From an uncultured Candidatus Saccharibacteria bacterium (GTDB taxonomy: Bacteria; Patescibacteriota; Minisyncoccia; Phycocordibacterales; Phycocordibacteraceae), in NCBI GenBank assembly GCA_964360855.1, contig CAYHXV010000004.1, forward strand, positions 1 through 39,819: 39,819 bases of DNA, written 5' to 3'. The notes under the pieces were generated by a model. That model made no database searches, had not been told where the DNA came from, and was given only the letters and a program-made list of their open reading frames with translations. Made by a program: the position numbers and the translations under genes. This document shows, piece by piece, positions 36,116 through 39,819 of this stretch (position 1 is the stretch's first letter; each line of letters begins with the position of its first letter).

Positions 36116-36595
36116 CTAAGTCTGTACCCTACCATTAAGCCAGCTTTTTTCTAAATAGTGCTCTTCATAGTGGCAGTTGGGACATATCAGCTCCAGGTTC
36201 TCGAGCTCATTATGTTGCCGGTCCCTGTCTTTGTGATGTACCTGCAATATCTCAGCTTTGCTGTACCCACAGCGTTCGCATACCGTTCCACGCTGGACTA
36301 GTAGGCGCAACTTAAGTCCCCTCTGAGATACCACCTTGTCTTTAGGGCGGCCTAAGTGGTACTTAATACCGGTTCTGTTTTTATTTGAACAGCCGCGACT
36401 GCATGTTTTCTTGTTAGCTCCGGCCAGAATTGGCTTGCCACAGATAACACAAGGTACCTCATCTCTTTGAGAAATGCCGTAGCAGACCATGGAACAAAAA
36501 ACCCCACCACCACGCGCAATTTCACCCGGCCTACGATATATGGGCTTGTTGCAGATCAAACACTTGGTATTTGGCTTTCTTTTGTACTCAGGCAC
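36116..36595 (-). CDS. HNH endonuclease with two N-terminal Cys4 zinc-finger-like repeats
   Basis: CLIC...FCSMVC, CVIC...TCSRGC, then CERC...LQVHHKDRDRQHNELENLELICPNCHYEEH; GTG start supported by TGgTATACT 6 nt upstream. Confidence 0.85.
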   Translation of the reverse strand: MPEYKRKPNTKCLICNKPIYRRPGEIARGGGVFCSMVCYGISQRDEVPCVICGKPILAGANKKTCSRGCSNKNRTGIKYHLGRPKDKVVSQRGLKLRLLVQRGTVCERCGYSKAEILQVHHKDRDRQHNELENLELICPNCHYEEHYLEKSWLNGRVQT

Positions 36596-36633
36596 TCACC
36601 CAGTATACCAGTTCAAAACGAAGAGTGATCCAC

Positions 36634-36906
36634 CTACTCCTCAATCTTGGGGGTAGCAGGTGCTGGTGCCGGAGCAGGCGCAACTTTTGCATTCTGCTTA
36701 TCCGCACGAAACCACACGAGGTACACAATTTCCGGAATACCAATTCCGTTCACAATCAACAGAAATACAAACCACCACTTCTGTTCATTGCGAGCTGCAT
36801 GCCACAGTGCATATCCTTTAATTGCGAGTACCCACACAAGAAGCACAGCAAGGAGAGGAAGCGCAAAAGGAAAGAATCCTTCATGGGTGTACCAGGTGTT
36901 CATCAT
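36634..36906 (-). CDS. Small membrane protein, DUF5652-like
   Basis: WVLAIKGYALWHAARNEQKWWFVFLLIVNGIGIPEIVYL. Confidence 0.75.
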   Translation of the reverse strand: MMNTWYTHEGFFPFALPLLAVLLVWVLAIKGYALWHAARNEQKWWFVFLLIVNGIGIPEIVYLVWFRADKQNAKVAPAPAPAPATPKIEE

Positions 36907-36953
36907 ACGGGCAGACTATAGCACGCATGACTCCTCCCGTGTAGGATTTAAGA

Positions 36954-37376
36954 ATGCGGTATCTTGCTATAGATTATGGAACTAAACGGGTGGGCATCGC
37001 GCTCTCGGACGAGAGTGGTGCTATGGGATTCCCGCACGCAACGCTCCCTAATTCAGGGAGACTTATCGATGAGATTCTTGCACTCATCACCCAAAAGAAT
37101 GTAGGCGCCGTGGTGCTAGGGGAGTCCCGAGGGTTTGATGGATCTCCTAATCCGGTAGCACAGGCGGCCAAAGAATTTGGTGCACTCATTGAACGAAGAA
37201 CCGGAATCACTGTTGCCTACGAACCAGAGACCCTCACCACCCAAGAAGCCAGGAGAAACTTCGAAGGAGTGCGTGAATCAGGAAGCGGCAGCGTCTTGGT
37301 TGACGCGTCTGCCGCCGCCCTCATCCTTACCAGCTATTTAGATAGAAACCGTCCCCATGGAGAACGAAAAGATTAG
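36954..37376 (+). CDS. ruvX: YqgF/RuvX family nuclease
   Basis: YLAIDYGTKRVGIALSD, ETLTTQEA, VDASAAALILTSYL. Confidence 0.92.
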   Translation: MRYLAIDYGTKRVGIALSDESGAMGFPHATLPNSGRLIDEILALITQKNVGAVVLGESRGFDGSPNPVAQAAKEFGALIERRTGITVAYEPETLTTQEARRNFEGVRESGSGSVLVDASAAALILTSYLDRNRPHGERKD

Positions 37377-37695
37377 TATTGAAGACTTTGCAAAAATTGA
37401 AGTGAAGGTAGGAACGGTGCAGGGCTGTGAGCGAGTACCGGACACAGACAAGCTCCTGCGTCTCACGGTTGATTTTGGAGAAGAGACTCCACGTCAGATA
37501 GTCTCTGGCATTGCAACATACGTGCCGGAACCCGAGACACTAATTGGGAAACAACTTGCGTTCGTTACCAATTTAGCACCACGTACCATTAAGGGGCTTG
37601 AGAGTAACGGCATGCTCTTTGCGGTGGGGAACGAAGAGACGTTTGCATTCCTTTCACCCGATCGAAATGTTCCCCCAGGGACTCGTGCACACTAA
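37357..37695 (+). CDS. Stand-alone tRNA-binding OB-fold protein (MetG C-terminal/CsaA/Trbp111 family)
   Basis: ISIEDFAKIEVKVG, DKLLRLTVDFG, RQIVSGI, NLAPR...ESNGML. Confidence 0.88.
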   Translation: MENEKISIEDFAKIEVKVGTVQGCERVPDTDKLLRLTVDFGEETPRQIVSGIATYVPEPETLIGKQLAFVTNLAPRTIKGLESNGMLFAVGNEETFAFLSPDRNVPPGTRAH

Positions 37696-37730
37696 AACTC
37701 ACGCCTACAAGGCGGTATACTGGCAAAGAC

Positions 37731-38831
37731 ATGAAGGATAGTCTTTTGAGTCGTTTAGTGCGCACAGAGCTTGCACCTCCGTCGTATATGTCTATGCCTG
37801 CTGCGGGTATCGATATTTCAACGAGTGGTATTAAGGTGGCGAAACTAAAAGAACGACTAGATGGTATCGAGCTCGTTGACTATGGTGAACAACTCCTTGA
37901 GCTTGGCGCCATTGTTGGGGGAGAGATTAGCGACCAAGTAGCGGTGTCTACTGCAATAAAGCAGCTTGCGCACAAGCACCACATTACCTTTGCCAATATT
38001 GCCGTTTCAGAATCACGCAGTTATTTGTTTGAGTCGGTACTCGAGGGGGACCACCGTACGAGCGACTCCGCAACGCTCCACGCACTCGCCGAGCAACACA
38101 TTGATGAATACGTGCCGCTACCCCCAGCAGATGTGGCGTTTGATCTTATGCTCGTGAACGCGACCGAGACTACCGGAACCCTTGCGGGAGTGGGGTATGC
38201 CAGGCGCGTTATAGATGAAGCGCTCGCCACACTTGATGCCACCGGTGTTATAACGCGCGCCGTGGAAAGTGAAACCTTTTCTATGGCACGAGCCCTTATG
38301 CCTCGTGGAGGAAAGGAGACGGTACTCATTATTGATATTGGAAAAACAACCACCAAGCTCATTGTGGTCACGGGCCAAGTTCCTCGTTTTGCCACCACGC
38401 TTGAAATTGGCGGGCATGCCCTCACGCAGGCGGTTATGAAGCATTTCAATATTTCAGAAGATGAAGCAAAGAAAGTAAAAGCAGAAAAGGGACTCCTGAA
38501 TGGAGATGACAAAGATGAATATGTCGCCACCATGCTCATCACCGTCTCCGCCATACGAGAGGAAATAATTCGACGCCTTGAGTATTGGCAGGGGAGAGCA
38601 GAGACAGGGACTGCTCACGAGCCCATAACCCGAGTGTTGCTAACGGGTGGAAACGCTTCCTTGCGAGGCCTCCCGGAGTACCTGGAGAACGCGATAAAAC
38701 TCCCCGTTGCTTTGGGAGATGTGTTTACCAACCTCGCTTCGAGAGAGAAGTGGCTTCCGTCTGTGCCGTACATGGAATCACTCGCGTACGCTACCGCTAT
38801 TGGACTAGCGCTGCGAGAATTTGAACACTAG
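37731..38831 (+). CDS. pilM: Type IV pilus assembly protein PilM
   Basis: GIDISTSGIKV, IIDIGKTTT, GGHALT, LLTGGNASLRGL, YATAIGLALR actin-like fold motifs. Confidence 0.88.
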   Translation: MKDSLLSRLVRTELAPPSYMSMPAAGIDISTSGIKVAKLKERLDGIELVDYGEQLLELGAIVGGEISDQVAVSTAIKQLAHKHHITFANIAVSESRSYLFESVLEGDHRTSDSATLHALAEQHIDEYVPLPPADVAFDLMLVNATETTGTLAGVGYARRVIDEALATLDATGVITRAVESETFSMARALMPRGGKETVLIIDIGKTTTKLIVVTGQVPRFATTLEIGGHALTQAVMKHFNISEDEAKKVKAEKGLLNGDDKDEYVATMLITVSAIREEIIRRLEYWQGRAETGTAHEPITRVLLTGGNASLRGLPEYLENAIKLPVALGDVFTNLASREKWLPSVPYMESLAYATAIGLALREFEH

Positions 38832-38834
38832 ATC

Positions 38835-39371
38835 ATGAACTTACTTCCCGACAGTCGAAAGCAACAACTCACTCGATTTTACTTCGTACGAGTAGGGGTG
38901 GTGTGTGCGCTCATGCTTGCGGGGGTCTTTCTCGTACACACCATCCTCACGGTACCTACGTATCTGCACCTTGCGCAGAATGCTGCAGACAGCGCCGTTG
39001 AACTCGCAGCACTAACCGAACGTATCGCCGATTCGAAAGAACAGGAAATCGGCTCGCGCGTAGCGAGTCTTTCCGAGCGTACCAGCTATCTCGCCACCGC
39101 CACCAGAGGAGCAACAGCAAGTGGCGCGCTGCGTGCGTTTGTTGCCATGCCGCACAAAGGGGTGCGCATAACTAGTTTCGCCTTTGTTGAAGGCGTTCAG
39201 GCACGGCTCTCCATTACCGGGGTTGCAGCGTCTCGCGAAACTCTGCGTGCATATGCCGGAGCACTGGCTATCCTTCCGTATGTGTCTGGGGTGGACTTGC
39301 CGATTAGTGCGTATGCAAAAGAATCTGATATCCCCTTTACCATTACCGTGACGGGCACCCTTACACCATGA
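38835..39371 (+). CDS. pilN: PilN-like protein
   Basis: MNLLP N-terminal motif, TM, coiled coil, ITGVAASRETL; follows pilM. Confidence 0.75.
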   Translation: MNLLPDSRKQQLTRFYFVRVGVVCALMLAGVFLVHTILTVPTYLHLAQNAADSAVELAALTERIADSKEQEIGSRVASLSERTSYLATATRGATASGALRAFVAMPHKGVRITSFAFVEGVQARLSITGVAASRETLRAYAGALAILPYVSGVDLPISAYAKESDIPFTITVTGTLTP

Positions 39372-39819
39372 ACCGCACCCCTTTCATTCACCTAGGAAGT
39401 GCTCTGGCAATACTCGCGCTGTCCGTTGGACTGTGTGTGGGGGCAGGTATGGCGCTGAACAAGGTGGAAAAGAAAGCTACAACACTGCAGACAGAAGTTA
39501 GCGCTGCACAAACACAAATTGATCGCGTGCGCGCGGCAAAGGAAGCGTTGCCTCTACTTGCAAGTGCTGAAGCCGCCACGAGCGCGTTCCTACTAAGTCA
39601 GGAAGACATTGTCCCGTTTTTGGAAACACTTGAGCGAAAGGGGAGAGCGCAGGGTGGTATGGTGACGGTGCTCTCGGTGAATACAGAGCATGTGGGCGCT
39701 AAGCCCCGTATTGCTCTTTCCCTCTCCATCACCGGTTCTTTTGACGCCGTGCTGCGCACACTTGGAACCATTGAATACAGTTCATATGATATTCGAGTAG
39801 TGAGCGCAACAATAGAAAA
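39368..39819 (+). CDS. pilO: PilO-like protein (partial, runs off window)
   Basis: Hand translation MNRTPFIHLGSALAILALSVGL...IVPFLETLE...LSITGSFDAVLRTLGTIE; ATGA overlap with pilN. Confidence 0.65.
   Translation, partial: MNRTPFIHLGSALAILALSVGLCVGAGMALNKVEKKATTLQTEVSAAQTQIDRVRAAKEALPLLASAEAATSAFLLSQEDIVPFLETLERKGRAQGGMVTVLSVNTEHVGAKPRIALSLSITGSFDAVLRTLGTIEYSSYDIRVVSATIE

Noticed and set aside
9601-37691. GTGCAC-containing motif near the prgI, 35437 and pilM promoters
   Set aside because: Inconsistent spacing and orientation; the hexamer is common in coding DNA here.
1-39819. CRISPR array, rRNA, IS/transposase, UGA recoding
   Set aside because: No regularly spaced repeats, rRNA-like tracts or transposase motifs found by eye; conserved genes such as polA and ruvB end at TGA at their expected C-termini.

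Overview
Chromosomal window around the replication origin of a small-genome bacterium. Gene content and style indicate Patescibacteria/CPR, probably Parcubacteria (inference). TGA is used as a stop, so the code is standard. Order: partial secreted protein, uvrD/pcrA, a RelBE-like toxin-antitoxin pair, rsmA, then an 11-gene, ~12.3 kb same-strand type IV secretion (T4SS)-like locus. That locus has a VirB6/TrbL-like protein, PrgI, an apparently split VirB4, a VirB2-like pilin with a Cys-rich tail and several unknown envelope proteins; it has no relaxase, VirD4 or integrase in view and abuts yidC-rnpA-rpmH/dnaA-oriC-dnaN. Further on are a class A PBP, an unannotated 42-aa 50%-acidic microprotein, ruvC/yebC/ruvB, pilB, an orphan Cys-rich lipoprotein, tsaE-polA-holA, three tRNAs (Lys-UUU, Arg-GCG, Ser-UGA), murE, ruvA, rpsT, an HNH nuclease abutting tRNA-Ser, ruvX, a tRNA-binding protein and pilMNO. 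Two window-wide patterns stand out: most transcription units have a -10 box 6-10 nt upstream of the start codon with no Shine-Dalgarno (apparently leaderless), and two ORFs begin 1-2 nt after a tRNA 3' end. All family calls come from motif recognition by eye; no database searches were run.
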